Notes: generated by a model not told the origin, from the letters alone. 64,000 nucleotides of DNA from Isurus oxyrinchus (GCA_026770705.1 JANJGN010000022.1:2790001-2854000); one strand, 5' to 3'. Shown: positions 46,954-59,780, counted from the stretch's first letter. Translations and numbers: made by a program.

Positions 46954-47925
46954 ATGCAGCTTGAAATCCAAGTAGCACTCAATTTTATCATCTCTTATTT
47001 GTACAACAAACTCCCGAGGCGACGAGTCAACATCTTTGGGGAGGAGTTGGAACGGCTGCTGAAGAAGAAATATGAAGGTCACTGGTATCCAGACAAACCA
47101 TACAGAGGGTCTGGGTACAGGTGTATACACATAGGGGAGGCTATTGACCCCGTCATCGAGCAAGCTGCCAAAGAAAGTGGACTGGACATGAAGGATGTTC
47201 GTGACAACCTGCCTCAGGACCTGAGTGTATGGATAGATCCTTTCGAGGTGTCGTATCAGATTGGAGAGAAGGGGCCCATCAAGGTGCTGTATGTGGATGA
47301 TAACAATGATACTGGGACAGACCTGGACAAAGAAATCAAAAACAGCTTCAACCCTGAGGCCCAGGTCTTTATGCCCATTTGTGACCCAGCTGGGGGCTCA
47401 TCTGTATCCAGCTCCCCATCTCCCCCATTTGGTCACTCTGCTGCCGTGAGCCCCACTTTCATGCCTCGTTCCGCCCAGCCTTTAACATTCACCACTGCCA
47501 CTTTTGCTGCTACAAAGTTCGGCTCGACCAAAATGAAGAGCAGTGGCCGCAACAAGGTCGCTCGCGCATCCCCCACTAACCTTGGCTTGAACATGAATAA
47601 CCTGCTGAAGCAGAAAAGCATGTCGTCATCCATGCAGTCTCTCTATGGGCTTGGTGTGGGCAGCCAGCAGCAACAGCAGAAGACTTCAGCCCTCTCTCCC
47701 AATGCCAAGGAGTTTGTTTTCCCTGGCATCCAGGGGCAGAGTGGTACCAGTGCAATGTTCCCAGGGGAGAGTCCCCTAAACCTCAGCCCTCTCCAGTATG
47801 GTAATGCCTTTGATATGTTTGCCTATGGAGGCCTCAATGAGAAATCCTTTGTTGATGGTCTGAATTTCAGCCTCAGTAACATGCAGTATTCTAACCAGCA
47901 GTTCCAACCTGTCATGGCTAATTAA
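46954..47925 (+). CDS. TOB1: Protein Tob1 (transducer of ERBB2 1; BTG/Tob antiproliferative family), 323 aa, intronless CDS
   Basis: [53 protein letters not shown] (BTG box A), [20 protein letters not shown] (box B), two PAM2 motifs ([21 protein letters not shown]) and C-terminus QQFQPVMAN; matches vertebrate TOB1 rather than TOB2. Confidence 0.98.
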   Translation: MQLEIQVALNFIISYLYNKLPRRRVNIFGEELERLLKKKYEGHWYPDKPYRGSGYRCIHIGEAIDPVIEQAAKESGLDMKDVRDNLPQDLSVWIDPFEVSYQIGEKGPIKVLYVDDNNDTGTDLDKEIKNSFNPEAQVFMPICDPAGGSSVSSSPSPPFGHSAAVSPTFMPRSAQPLTFTTATFAATKFGSTKMKSSGRNKVARASPTNLGLNMNNLLKQKSMSSSMQSLYGLGVGSQQQQQKTSALSPNAKEFVFPGIQGQSGTSAMFPGESPLNLSPLQYGNAFDMFAYGGLNEKSFVDGLNFSLSNMQYSNQQFQPVMAN

Positions 47926-48805
47926 AAAGGGGGGAGGAAATTTGATACATTATAATTAAATATTAAGCTCTAATTGTAAAAGTTTAAAATTAATTGAACC
48001 CAAGGGTGTTTTCCCCCTTAATTCCCTTGAGATAACTTTTTTCTTTTTTTACAAATGTTTTTTGGAATGGGGGGGAAATAAGCTTGTAGTTTGGCGCTTG
48101 GTTATTTAAGAAGCATCAGAAAGTTTTGTTTTTGCCAACCAAGCACAAAAATGATTTTATATGGACTGTGTACCTTTTTAAAAATAAAAAAAAAAGAAAA
48201 AAGAAAAATGTTGTGGAGATGAGACCTCCTCAAACAGTATTTACACTTGGACAGGACATGGGCTGATTTAACAATTGGCACTAATAAAAGTGGGATTTCT
48301 GGTCTTTTTGTAATTGTATAATTTAATTTAGTATGAAGTTTGTAAAATATCAGAGTATATATTGTTTCTACAACACGGTATTGCATTTATATCTTTTTAC
48401 TACTTCAGTGATCTGTGATGGCTGCGATAGCTTGCATTCTATTTTTTTTTACAAATCGTTGTAAAAAAAATAAATCCATATTCAGAGGCATCAAGCTACT
48501 CTTAAGATTGTGTACAGGATATTCCTTAGTGATGGTGTTTAAAGTGTAGAAATTTCAGCTTTTTTTGGAAAAACATGAGAGTTGTATTTTCTGTTAAGAG
48601 TTTAAAAAAAGTAAAAATAAATTTTTTTTGCTATATATTATGGACAAATGTAATCGTAAATATTAATTTTGTACCTACCTTGTGCAATACTTGATAAAAA
48701 CAGTATAACAAAGTATTTTGAGTCTGTGTCTTACCTGTTAAGAGGGACTGAGATAGTTTATATTGGTAAAAGTTTGTATTAAAATAATTCAAAAATTACA
48801 TGTCT
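47926..48805 (+). promoter_or_regulatory. TOB1: TOB1 3'UTR with candidate poly(A) signal ATTAAA at 48778-48783
   Basis: TE-free AT-rich segment after the stop; ATTAAA followed by a GU/U-rich stretch (tgtcttgggcttcttttc); additional AATAAA near 48183 and 48469. Confidence 0.6.
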
Positions 48806-50599
48806 TGGGCTTCTTTTCCTCTGCTTCATATCATTGTTAAATACACCACTATGTAAAACCAGTTACTGTAGGTGAAGACCTGCACATTAAAATTCTTGGT
48901 CGTAATGTTACTTTAAATTTTTCTTTTCAATTCTGCACAATTCCCAAAATAAACTAATTGGTGTTGCATCTGATTTTTTAAAATTAAGATTTATAAATTT
49001 AGTTGCCCCAAATAAACTATGGAGCAGAGGATTTGTGTTCTACTGATCTGTTCAACCTTTTTAAAAAGAAAATAAGCTGATAGTATTCTCTTCTAGAAGG
49101 ATCTGTGATCTAGTTCGGATGTCTTAAATGATTGTGGCTTTGAGAGGATAGATATAGAAAAAGTATTTGATCTTAAGGAGTATTGATAGCAAGGGGATGG
49201 AGGGAGGCATCTCCTTAAAGTTAGAGTTAGCTTGTTCAAGAGTGGAAGAGTACTACTTCCACAGGCTGATAGAAATCTGGAACTCTTCCCAACAAGGCTG
49301 TGGCTTAGGGGTCAGTTAACATTTGAGAATAGAATTGCTAGATTTCTTTTGTGTTAGGAAATCTGGGGAAATGGAGCAAAGATGCGTAAATGGAGTTGAG
49401 GTACAGACCAGTTATAATCTAATTGAATGGGGGAACAGGCTCTTGGGGCTGAATCGCCTCCTTGTTTCTATGCTTTCTGTAACTGGCATTTGTACCTTTT
49501 TGTCTTGACCAGCCTGGTGAATGAGGCTGTGTTTTCATTTGTGTGCCGATGCCCTGTGCCAATTGTTCCATTACATAAGCATTAGCTGCACAATGTACAA
49601 ACAAAATGGCAGATGTCTTCTGTGTGGTTGGTGTGTGAACTGTAAAGGATGGACATGTCTCATTATGAGACACTGGCCTCTGCATTTTTGTAGAAATAAA
49701 ATCTCAATTGTGTTGCAGTGGTGTTAATGCTGCACAATGACAGTTGCTGCTGCTTGCTTTAGGAGGGGGGCTTTCCTCTGAGTAAAAATAGTTTTGAGCT
49801 GAAGTTAATCCAGCTTTTCCTGTTGGAGTTGATGCTTTAGGTGGAATGGGATGAAGTAGCTGCACTTTGACGGCTTCAGTCTGAGCATCATTCCCTTGCC
49901 AATGTGGATCTTAATGTGTGAGCATGGACAGTGTTAGATGGCAGACTATGCAACTGAGGGAGGCATAGCAGCTTTGTCTGGCAACCCCTTGTTCATTGGA
50001 CTGATTGGGGGACGAACTTAACACCTGTTGGATCAGAGTTACATTCTTAGCACTTGCTCAAGAGAGCAGAAACGGTATAAGTGTGTATTTTAAACTACAA
50101 ACCAAATATCAGGGTGAGGGAAAGTCTGTGGCAAAACAATTCTCCTATGTAAGAGAGCTTTTAAACTCTGCTGTGTTGTTTCCATTAAATCTGCATCTCT
50201 AGAACCACATTGCAATCATATATTCTAGCAGAGGAGAAGCCCAATCATCTCATCTGGGCTGGCTCTGAAAGTTATTCAGCATCATTTAGAAGTAAGAATG
50301 CCCCCACATGCAACAAAGATGGCAATATTAGTATTTGACAGTAGTCCTGACAATTAACAAGTGGGCTTGGGGGGGGATTGCATTAAATTCTAAAGTGATT
50401 TAGTTCCAAAAGGATGATTTTTAAAAAACTATGCTGCAGTTTGTGCGCTCCTGGCAGATTAAAACTTGCTTCCACTGTGTGCTTCTTTGAGCCTTATCAT
50501 AGAAGCGTGACAGTACAGATGGCCATTCAGCCCATTGTTTCCATGCTGACTCGGTGTAATTTGCATTTAACCACTCCCCCACATTCCTCCATTTCAGAT

Positions 50600-51375
50600 G
50601 TTTAGAAACTGTAGAAGAATTTACAGCACAGAAGGAGGCCACTGTGCCCATGTGTACCAGCTGGAAAATGAGCCCCCACTTTAATCCCAATTTCCAGCAC
50701 TTGGTCTGTAGCCCTGGAGGTTATGGGACTTCAGGTGTCTATGCAGACACCTTTTTAAACAAGTTGAGGGTTTCTGTTCTACTACCCTTTCAGGCAGTGT
50801 GTTCCAGACCCTTACCACACTCAGTGTAAACTTTTTCCTCATATCTCTTCTAATCTTTCTACCAATCACTTTAAATCTATGCCCCCTAGTCATTGAACTC
50901 ACTAAGGGAAACAGGTCCTTCCTATCTACTGTATCCAGGCCCCTCATAACCTTGTACAAATCTCCCCACAGCTGCCTCTGCTCCAAGGGAAGCAACCCCA
51001 GCCTATGCAATCTTCCCTCATAGCTGCAATTTTCCAGTCCTAGCAACGTCCTCATAAATCTTCTCTGTACCCTCTTTAATAAATTACATCCTTTTGGTAA
51101 TGACTAGAACTGCAGACATTACTCAAATTTTGGCCTAACTAATGTTTTCTATAGTTCCAGCGTAACCTCCCTGCTCTTGCATTCTATGTTTCAGCTAATA
51201 AAGGAAAGTATTCCATATGCCTTAACTACGTTATTGACCTGCCCTACCTTTGGGGATTTGTGGACATTCACTCTAAGGCCCCTCACTTCCTCTACACCTT
51301 TCACGATCTTCCCATTTATTGTGTATTCCTTTCCTCCCCAAATGCATTACCTCACTTCTCTGGGTTGAATTCCAT
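50600..51375 (-). mobile_element. CR1 3' portion
   Basis: SYEGRLHRLGLLPLEQRQL.GDL..V...D.VDRKDLFP...TRGH.FKV...VVRVWNTLPERVV (ORF 50681-51055). Confidence 0.85.
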
Positions 51376-51377
51376 TT

Positions 51378-51594
51378 TCTTGTGGCTTGTATAGTTGAAC
51401 AATAACTGTTTATTAATAACTATATACATATATAAGGATGGAGCCCTACCTAGGTGCTATCTTCATTCCAATTTTTACCAGACTCTCCACTACCCTCTAC
51501 TATTCCCATGTGACTCTACATCATAATGTGGGTGGTACTGTTGCCCCGGTCCCATATTAACCATTACAGTCCCAAATACCCTAATACTACAGCG
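51378..51594 (-). mobile_element. Partial copy of the putative LTR family at 2558-2837
   Basis: Reverse complement shares ordered blocks tgtag.at.agggt, ggttaa.atggga, taccacccac, tgatgta, cacatg, gatagc.cctag, ttaataaa, tgtt.aactat with 2561-2780. Confidence 0.55.
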
Positions 51595-51839
51595 ATTAAT
51601 CTTAATTTTACCATTCAGAGTTTCCATTCTGAAGTTTTTGAATTTGGGGAACTGGGAGCCAGTCTAACCATGTTGGAAGAGTGGGACTTTGTTCAGGGTT
51701 AGGATGGGGGAGGGTGAGGAGGAAGGAGTGTCTGGAGGTGATTAGGGCATGGATGAGATCTTCAGTGGTAGAAGAGAGACAAGAGTTAGACACTAGTTCA
51801 GAGGTAGAAGAAGGTGTTAAATTGGACATGAGGTTTAAA

Positions 51840-52225
51840 TTTAATTCTTTCATGGGATGTGGGCATCGTTGGCAAGTCCAATATTAGTTGTCCATCCCTA
51901 ATTGCACTTGAACTGAGTAGCTTGCTAGGCCATTTCAGAGGGCTGTTAAGTATCAACCACGTTGCTGTGGGGCTGGAGTCACATGTAGGCCAGACCAGGT
52001 AAGGATGGCAGATTTCCTTCCCCAAAGTACAATAGTGAAGCAGATGGGTTTTTATGACAATCGACAATAATTTCATGGTCACCATTACTGAGACTAGCTT
52101 TATATTCCTGATTTTATTAATTAAATGTGCATTCTACCAGCTACCATGGTGGGATTTAAAAGTCTACCCCAGAGTTTTAGCCCAAGCTCCTGGATCACTA
52201 GTTAAATGACATACCTCCGCTATTG
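51840..52225 (-). mobile_element. tRNA-derived SINE with LINE-shared tail
   Basis: catgggatgtgggcatcg...catccctaattgcacttgaactgagtagcttgctaggccatttcagagggc...ggagtcacatgtaggccagaccaggtaaggatggcagatttccttccc. Confidence 0.8.
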
Positions 52226-52679
52226 TCTTTCCGGAGAACTTCAGTTCAAGAATGGAGTGGGTCGCAAGTTAGAAGCTGGAGTAGGTTGAAAGAATGGGAC
52301 ATGGATCTCGGGTGTAGAGCTCCTAGGTCCATTCAAGCAAATTGGCATTGGTCTTGTTAAAAAGCAGTTAAAAACAAACCTGGCTCATTTATATACTTGA
52401 CACTAGACCAAATAGCCTGGCAAACAATCATGGAGTGCAGGCTGGATGTGAAAATGGTTATCAGGTGCTCATACCTGAAAGCTGACTATTTGCAGTTAGG
52501 GTCAAGGAAGGAGAGCCTACAAATGAGGATGGGAAGGCGTCAAGGATGAAACCTTGGAGGCTTCATCCTTAATGCCACAGGTCAGTGAGGCTTTGTATAA
52601 AACCAATGATGGTGTTTGCGGCAGAGACCATCATTAGAAACCTATATTAAAGCTTTTTGCGCTAACTGTATAACCTCAA

Positions 52680-55075
52680 TCTCAATTGTTACAGGGTAGA
52701 AGGAGGCCATTTGGACTTTTCCCTTTACCCCTGCTCATTGTTTCTATTTAGATAATCATCTAATGCCCTCTTGAATGCCTCAATTGAGCCTACCTCCACA
52801 CTTCCAGGCAGTGCACTCCAAACCCTAGCTACTCGCTGTGTGATAAAGTTTTTTCTCACCTCACGTTTGCTTCTTTTGCAAAACACTTTAAAATTGTGCC
52901 CTCTGGTTCTTGATCCATTTATGAGCGGGAACAGTTTCTCCCTATCTACTCTGTCCAGACCCCTCCCTCATGATTTTGAAAACTATCAAGTCTCCTCGTA
53001 GCCTTCTCTCCAAAGAGAACAGTCCCAACTTCTCCAATCTTTCTTCATAACTGAAGTGTCTCATCCCTGGCACCATTCTCATAAATCTCTTCTGCACTCT
53101 CCATGCATTCACATCCTTTCTATAGTGTGGCCGCAATCTGTACACAATACCAGCTGAGGCCTAACCAGTGTCTTATATAAGTTCATCATAACCTCCCTGA
53201 TCTTGTACCCTATGCCCCTTTTAATGAAGCTGAGAACACTTACAGCTTTATAAACAGCTCTCTCTACCTGTCCTACAACCTTTAATGACTTAAGTACATA
53301 TACACCCAGGTCTCTCTGCTCCTGCACACCCTTTAGAATAGTATCCTTTATTTTATACTGCCTCCATAAGATGTAGGAGTAGAAGTAGGCCATTTGGCCT
53401 GTTGAGTCTGCTCCACCATTCAATGAGATCATGGCTGATCTGATAACCCTCAACTCCACTTTCCTGCCTTTTTCCTATAACCCTTGATTCCCTTACTGAT
53501 TAAAAATCTGTCAATCTCAACCTTGAATATACTTAATGACCCAGCCTCTACAGCCCTCTCCAGTAAAGAATTCCACAGATACACTACCCTTTGAGAGAAG
53601 AAATTCCTCATCTGTCTCTCCGTGTTCTTTGTACCTAAGCGTTTGACCTCACACTTCTCCACATTGAGCTTCATCTGCCACCTATCTGCCCATTCTACCA
53701 ATATGTCAACGTCCTTTTGAAGTTCTACACTGTCCTCACAGTTCACAATGTCCCCAAGTAGTTTTGTCGTCCACAAGCTTTGAAATTGTCCCCTGCACAC
53801 CAAGATCTAGATCATTTTTATATATATATATATATATATCAGGAAAAGCAAGGGTCCCAATACCAACCCCTGGAGAACTCCACTACAAACCTTCTTCCAG
53901 CCTGAAAAATATCCATTAACCATAACTCTGTTTCCTATCCCTCAGCCAATTTTGTATCCACATTGCTACTGTCTCTTCTATTCCTACAAGTCTGTTGTGT
54001 GGCACTGTATTGAATGTCTTTTGGAGGTCCATATACACCACATCAATGGCTTTGCCCTAATCAACTACCTCTTACCTCTTCAAAAAAACTCCCAAGTTCG
54101 TTAGACACAATTTTCCTTTAACAAATCCATGCTAACTTCCGAATTGATCCACATTTTTCCATGTGACTGTTAATTCTATCCTAAATAACTGTCCCTAGCA
54201 GTTTCCCCAGCACCGAAGTTAAACTGACTGGTCTGTAATTGCAGGGCAGTTCTTTACAACCATTTTTGAACAAGTTTGCAATTCTCCAGTCCCCTGGCAC
54301 CTCCCCCCAAAGGAAGAAGATGGTTGCCGGTGCCTCTGCAATTTCCACTCTCACTTCCTTCAATATTCTTGGATGCATCTCATCTGGTTCCGGTGCCTTA
54401 TCAACTTTAAGTACCAACAGCTTATGCAATATCTCCTCCTTATCAATTTTACGCCATTCTAGTGACTGAGTTTCCTCCTCTGTCACCATGGCCTGGGCAG
54501 CTTCTTCCTCATAGATAAAGACAGATGCAAAGTGTTCATTTAACACCTCAGCTGTGTGTGTGAAAACCCCTTTTTGGTCCCTAATTGGCCCTACTCCTCC
54601 TTTTACCACCCTTTTACTATTGATGTGCTTATAGAATACTTTGGGATTTCCTTTTGTGTTAGCTGCCAGTCTTTTTTTCTTAATCCCTCTTTACTTTTCG
54701 TATTTGCTTTTTCACATCTCTTCTGAGCCTTCTGTATTCAGCTTGGTTCTCAATTGCATTTGTTGCCTGACACCTGCCATAAAGACACTTTTTCTTTAAC
54801 TTAATTTCTATCTCCTTTCTCATCCAAGGAGCTCTGGATTTGTTTATCCTACTCTTCCCTTTTCAAGAAACATACCTTGACTGTGCCCGAACCATCTCCT
54901 CTTTGAAGGTAGCCCATTGTTCAGCTAGTGTTTTTCCTGCCAACCTTTGGATCCAGTCCACCTGGCCCAGCTCAGATCTTGCCCATTGAAGTCTGCTCTC
55001 TGCCAGTTGATTATTCTTACTCTAGATTGATCAATGTCATTTCTACTGTCATCCTAAACCTTATGACATAATGAT
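52680..55075 (-). mobile_element. Long CR1 ORF2 relic with a nested CR1 3' end (~53365-53615)
   Basis: AEVLNEHFASVF...KVDKAP.PD.MHPRILKE...GEVP.DWRIAN...NYRPVSLTSV.GKLL (54181-54609) through RT and C-terminal motifs (53109-53803, 52942-53145). Confidence 0.88.
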
Positions 55076-55387
55076 CATAACCACTAAAGATTCGAAAACC
55101 TGGTAAGATGTGGTTGGCTAGTTATTGTACAAAAAGGGCTGCGCTGTTCAATCAATAAGTTTAAATTTGGTGCTGTTTTTAACAAATCCCACCTTTCTGT
55201 GTTAGTGTTTAAACCATGGTGAGAGATTGTTACAGTTTATGTTACACTTCCTGATTCTCAGCCAATTTTGGATCCAATGTGCCACTTTGCCTTGGATCCC
55301 ATGGACTCTTACTTGACCTGTCTGCCATGAGGGACCTTGCTAAAGTCCATGTTGACCACATCAAATGCATTACTCTCATCAACACTC

Positions 55388-55745
55388 CTGATAGAGATGT
55401 ATAAGATTATGAAGGGCATAGATAGTGTGGACAGGAAGGCACATTTTCCATTAGTAGAGGGGTCAATAACCAGGGGGCATAGATTTAAGGTATAAGACGT
55501 AGAAGGCTAAGAGAATTTTTTTCTCCCAGAGGGTGGTGGAGTCTGGAACTCTCTGATTGAAAGGGTGGTTGAATCAGAAACTCTCGTAACATTTAAGTAT
55601 TTAGATAATCACTTGTGTTGCCATAGCCTCCAGGGATATGGGTGAAGTACTGGAGAATAGGCTTACTGTAGTCAGATCTTTGTTGGCTGGCACAGACATG
55701 TTGGGCCAAATGGCCTCCTGTGCTGTAAGCGTCTATAAATCTGAA
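55388..55745 (+). mobile_element. CR1 3' end
   Basis: ctgatagagatgtataagattatgaagggcatagatag...accagggggcatagatttaagg...gggccaaatggcctcctgtgctgtaa. Confidence 0.75.
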
Positions 55746-56089
55746 TTTTGGGAGTGGGTGTAAGGTTGGAGCACTCAAATACAGAGGAGCCTGCTCCGTG
55801 AATAAGATAGGGCCAGTGTGCACAGTTTGAAGCAGATGTGAAACAGATTTAAACATTCCTCATGTCTGGAATTGCCAAGGTAGAGTGGAAAAGGAATCCA
55901 TATGCAACCACTTGGCCAGAAAGCAGGGATTTGTTCCCAGCTGTTAACCCAGAGAGTCCCAGCTTCGCCAAGGAATTCTTGGCTCCTGGGCCCAAACGTT
56001 CCAGTGCACCAGCTGAAAAATGGAACACTGGGCGATTAAACTCTGCACTTTGACCTTGCTGCAACCTCCGAGTTAAAATCACAGGGAAA

Positions 56090-56518
56090 AGGAAAGACCC
56101 TGCGTTTCTATAGCCATCTCAGTATACCCCAAAGCACTTTACAGCCAGTGAAGCACTTTTGAACTGTAGTCACTGTTGTAATGTAGAAAATGTGGTGCAT
56201 TTCTGCACAGCAAGCTCCCACAAGCAGCATTGAAATAATGGCCATATGATATTTTCAGCAATGTTGGTTGTGATTACTGTTGACCAGGACACTGTGGGTG
56301 CACTCCGCTGCTGCTCTTCAAATAGTGCCAAGGGAGCTTTTGCATCCACTTGAAGGGCAGAAGGACCTCGGTTAATAGATCATCCAGAAGGTGGCGCCTC
56401 CGGCAGTGCAGCTCCCCCTCAGCACTGCGCTGGAGTGTCAGTCTAGATTTTGTGCTAAAGTCTCTGTAGTGGATCTTGACTCCAAGATTGTGTTACCCAT
56501 TGAGCCACAACTGACACC
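56090..56518 (-). mobile_element. Deu-domain SINE, near full length
   Basis: Reverse complement of the 8595-9010 family, from the tail (cccaaagcactttacagcca) through the Deu core to the head (tgagccacaactgacac). Confidence 0.8.
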
Positions 56519-56739
56519 ACAATTCCAAGCAGGCACGTGATACAGCCGGACTCATTGGGCCTGATGTTTATTTTTCTCAGACATGTCTTAGCATTGTGTT
56601 TTATGTTTAATCTCAGATTTCCTCCCCACATCATCACACCCACTTACTCTCCCCACTCCCCTGCCCTGGATTTGAGTTCTGGGATTTGAAGACTAGACAC
56701 TGAGCAAAAGCCCAAGAGAAAAAGCAGTGGCATGGGACA

Positions 56740-57081
56740 AAAAAAATTTCACTTTCATTCAACATGTTTTTTCAGTTATAGGAGTTTGGGGAATGAAGGC
56801 TGTTTGGCTGAGAATCAAGAATTATCCAATTGAGTCATGAATAGTCTGTCTGCTTTCTGATTGGCTGTAGAGTTGGGGAGCTGTGAGGATGCACATGTCA
56901 GGTGAACAGGAGCAGGATCCTTAGGACAGGGCACTGAGATGGACATGGTGTGACCAGGTAGGGGTGAGACACCTCAAGAATGGACATGATGGGTGGGGGG
57001 GTGGGGGTAGTAGGTTAGTGAAGGTGGGAGAATATGTGACGAAATCTCCAGGAATACATCTAATCAGAGCTGGCAACCTTA
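56740..57081. mobile_element. Right half of the AGGGTTGCCA-TIR MITE family
   Basis: Ends atgtgacgaaatctccaggaatacatctaatcagagctggcaacctta, like 36905-36954 and 58680-58737. Confidence 0.55.
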
Positions 57082-57611
57082 ACACAGTATTACTGATTTT
57101 AAAAGGTCAGGACTGATTGAAACAACTGAAAAAATATCAATCCCATTGCTACAAAGATCCTCTGAGTTTATCTAGTTTGAAAGTTGAAAGAGCTTGTGCT
57201 AGGCCAGGGTGGAAATCACCAACATGATTATTATGTGTCATCAAAGTTGGCCCAGAAAGACCATGACCAATGTTTGTTATTTATAGTTTAGCTGTCCTCG
57301 AGAGCTAAATATATAATAGAAAAAAATGTGTCTTTCCTGTGGCTCTCCATATTTAGACAGAGTGATCGCAGGTGGCCCTTTCTGTGCTCTAAGAAATATG
57401 TGCAATTGAAAATGATGCTGCACTCAGAGTCCTGTGACAGGCTAGAACTCTTGGACCGCGCCATACTGATTTTCCAGCATGTTAGATGGGCCCAGGCTTC
57501 ATCTCACAGCCATTGTAACGATAGTGGTTCTAACACCAGAACAGCCAGCTACACTGATTCATTAACTGCATAATGTTGGGCCTGGTTCACATCAGACACC
57601 TTGAGGGGAAG

Positions 57612-58249
57612 GCTCAGCACAGAGTTAGATACAGAGTAAAGCTCCCTCTGCGCTGCCCCCATCATACACTCCCAGGACAGGTACAGCACGGGGTTGGATA
57701 CAGAGTAAAGCTCCCTCTACACTGTCCCCATCAAACACTCCCAGGACAGGTACAGCACGGGGTTAGATACAGAGTAAAGCTCCCTCTACACTGTCCCCAT
57801 CAAACACTCCCAGGACAGGTACAGCATGGGGTTAGTTACAGAGTAAAGCTCCCTCTACACTGTCCCCATCAAACACTCCCAGGACAGGTACAGCATGGGG
57901 TTAGTTACAGAGTAAAGCTCCCTCTACACTGTCCCCATCAAACACTCCCAGGACAGGTATAGCACGGGGTTAGATACTGAGTAAAGCTCCCTCTACACTG
58001 TCCCCATCAAACACTCCCAGGACAGGTACAGCATGGGGTTAGTTACAGAGTAAAGCTCCCTCTACACTGTCCCCATCAAACACTCCCAGGACAGGTACAG
58101 CACGGGGTTAGATACAGAGTAAAGCTCCCTCTACACCGTCCCCATCAAACACTCCCAGGACAGGTACAGCACGGGGTTAGATACTGAGTAAAGCTCCCTT
58201 TACACTGTCCCCATCAAACACTCCCAGACAGGTACAGCACAGGGTTAGA
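57612..58249 (+). repeat. Satellite array, 69-bp unit, ~9 copies
   Basis: acactgtccccatcaaacactcccaggacaggtacagcacggggttagatacagagtaaagctccctct; period checked (57719 to 57788). Confidence 0.97.
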
Positions 58250-58374
58250 GAAAATAGTCGGATTACAGTAAACATCAGCTGATATCTTTCAGGGAAGCTG
58301 GTCCATTGACCCCACCACCAATCCACACTGTGGTTGGGTCCCACTGCTTCTGATGTCCCCTAACTACTGAGAAT

Positions 58375-58737
58375 TAGGGTTGCCAACCTCAAGGATTACC
58401 CTGGTGTTTCCAGGAATTGCAGATGAATCTTCAGGACAATTCTTTGATTATCCCAGGAGAAAAATCATTGCTGAATTTTTAAAAAATGTTTAAAATATTT
58501 CGAGTTATAAAAATGTTGGTGATGGGAAGGAAAAGACTGACTGACGGTCAAGAGTCACCCAATCAGTTGGAGGGAAGTCTGCTTGATTTCTAATTAGCTG
58601 GAAATGTGGGACATTGCAAGGGTGGACATAGACAACCAATGGGATGAGTGTGGAGGTGAAGGATTTGGTGCAAGGAGGTCATGTGATGAAACTCTGGGAA
58701 TACCACCACCTCCCAGTCTCCAGCATTGGGAACTGTA
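58375..58737. mobile_element. MITE (~360 bp) with TAGGGTTGCCAA-type TIRs, possibly hAT-derived
   Basis: Starts tagggttgccaac and ends ttgggaactgta (decayed inverted match); flanks ctgagaat/ctagggat may be a decayed 8-bp TSD. Confidence 0.55.
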
Positions 58738-59559
58738 CTAGGGATGGATGATAAATATGGCCCCTAATTCAAAAACAGATGAGTAAAATTATAAAGTAAA
58801 GCTTTTGCTTGGGTTAGATTCACAGTAAAACTTTCTTTGAGGAGATTGCCAATTCTTGTCAGTATAAATTGTGGTTTTCTTTTCATTCATGTTTAGAATT
58901 GGACAGAAATTGTCACAAGCTTATTACGTGTCATAATGCCCAAAGACAGATCCTGTCATCTGTGTCGAGTAGATTAGAAGCCAGGTACCAAATGTGAAAG
59001 GGCAGTGTCCTTCTGATATTTTGAGTGCATGTGAGAGAGATTACACAATGAGGAATGTGCAGTCACATTGTAAGACAGGCCAGAACCACATGTTTGCTGA
59101 AGGAGTTCAGCACTCCTAATTTAGAAATTATTCATGCTACAGATATAATCTTTACTTCTGTGTTTCCAATGAAGCTACTTGGGCCTTAATCTCTCCCCCC
59201 GACCTCCAGTCCTTCCTCACTGGGGCCATGGATCAGACACAAGCAGAGTCACTGAGATTAAAAAGTCACTGCTGCAGTGTCAATGCATTAGCTGGAGGCG
59301 GGGGAAGGGAGTGTACTAAACCCAATTGGAGCAAGAGGAATGCATGTCCCAGGCTGCCAGTGACCTGACCTGAGCCAGGCCTACACACACCACTGCAACA
59401 GTGAGCCAACAGCTAGCGGGAGACTACCCTGCTTGTCCTGCTCCCTGCGGCCTCTCTTCTCTGGCCCATTGTTCACAGCACGGGGACATTAAAGACTACT
59501 GCTCTCGACTATGGTGGAAGCAATCCTATTCCTATCAGTAAAAATTCCAAGACAATAAT

Positions 59560-59780
59560 TTAAGAGCAGGGGAGTTCTTCCCCATGTCCTGGCCAATATT
59601 TATTCTTCAATCAACATCACTAAAAACAAATTACCTGGCCATTATCACATTGCTGTTTGTGGGATCTTGCTGTGCACAAATTAGCTGCTGCATGTCCTAC
59701 ATTACAACAGTGACTACACTTCCAAATTGCTACATCGGCTGTGAAGTGCTTTAGGATATCCCAAGTTGGTGAAGCCACTA
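59560..59780 (+). mobile_element. Deu-domain SINE 3' half
   Basis: aagagcaggggagttcttccccatgtcctggccaatatttatt...ttgctgtttgtgggatcttgctgtgcacaaatt...acaacagtgactacacttc. Confidence 0.8.

Noticed and set aside
46882-47633. Antisense and alternate-frame ORFs overlapping TOB1
   Set aside because: Short shadows of the real CDS with no recognisable domains.
57573-57962. ORF with a 23-aa repeat (RVKLPLHCPHQTLPGQVQHGVRY)
   Set aside because: The 69-bp unit is a multiple of 3; the frame is closed by a point variant mid-array and there is no gene context.
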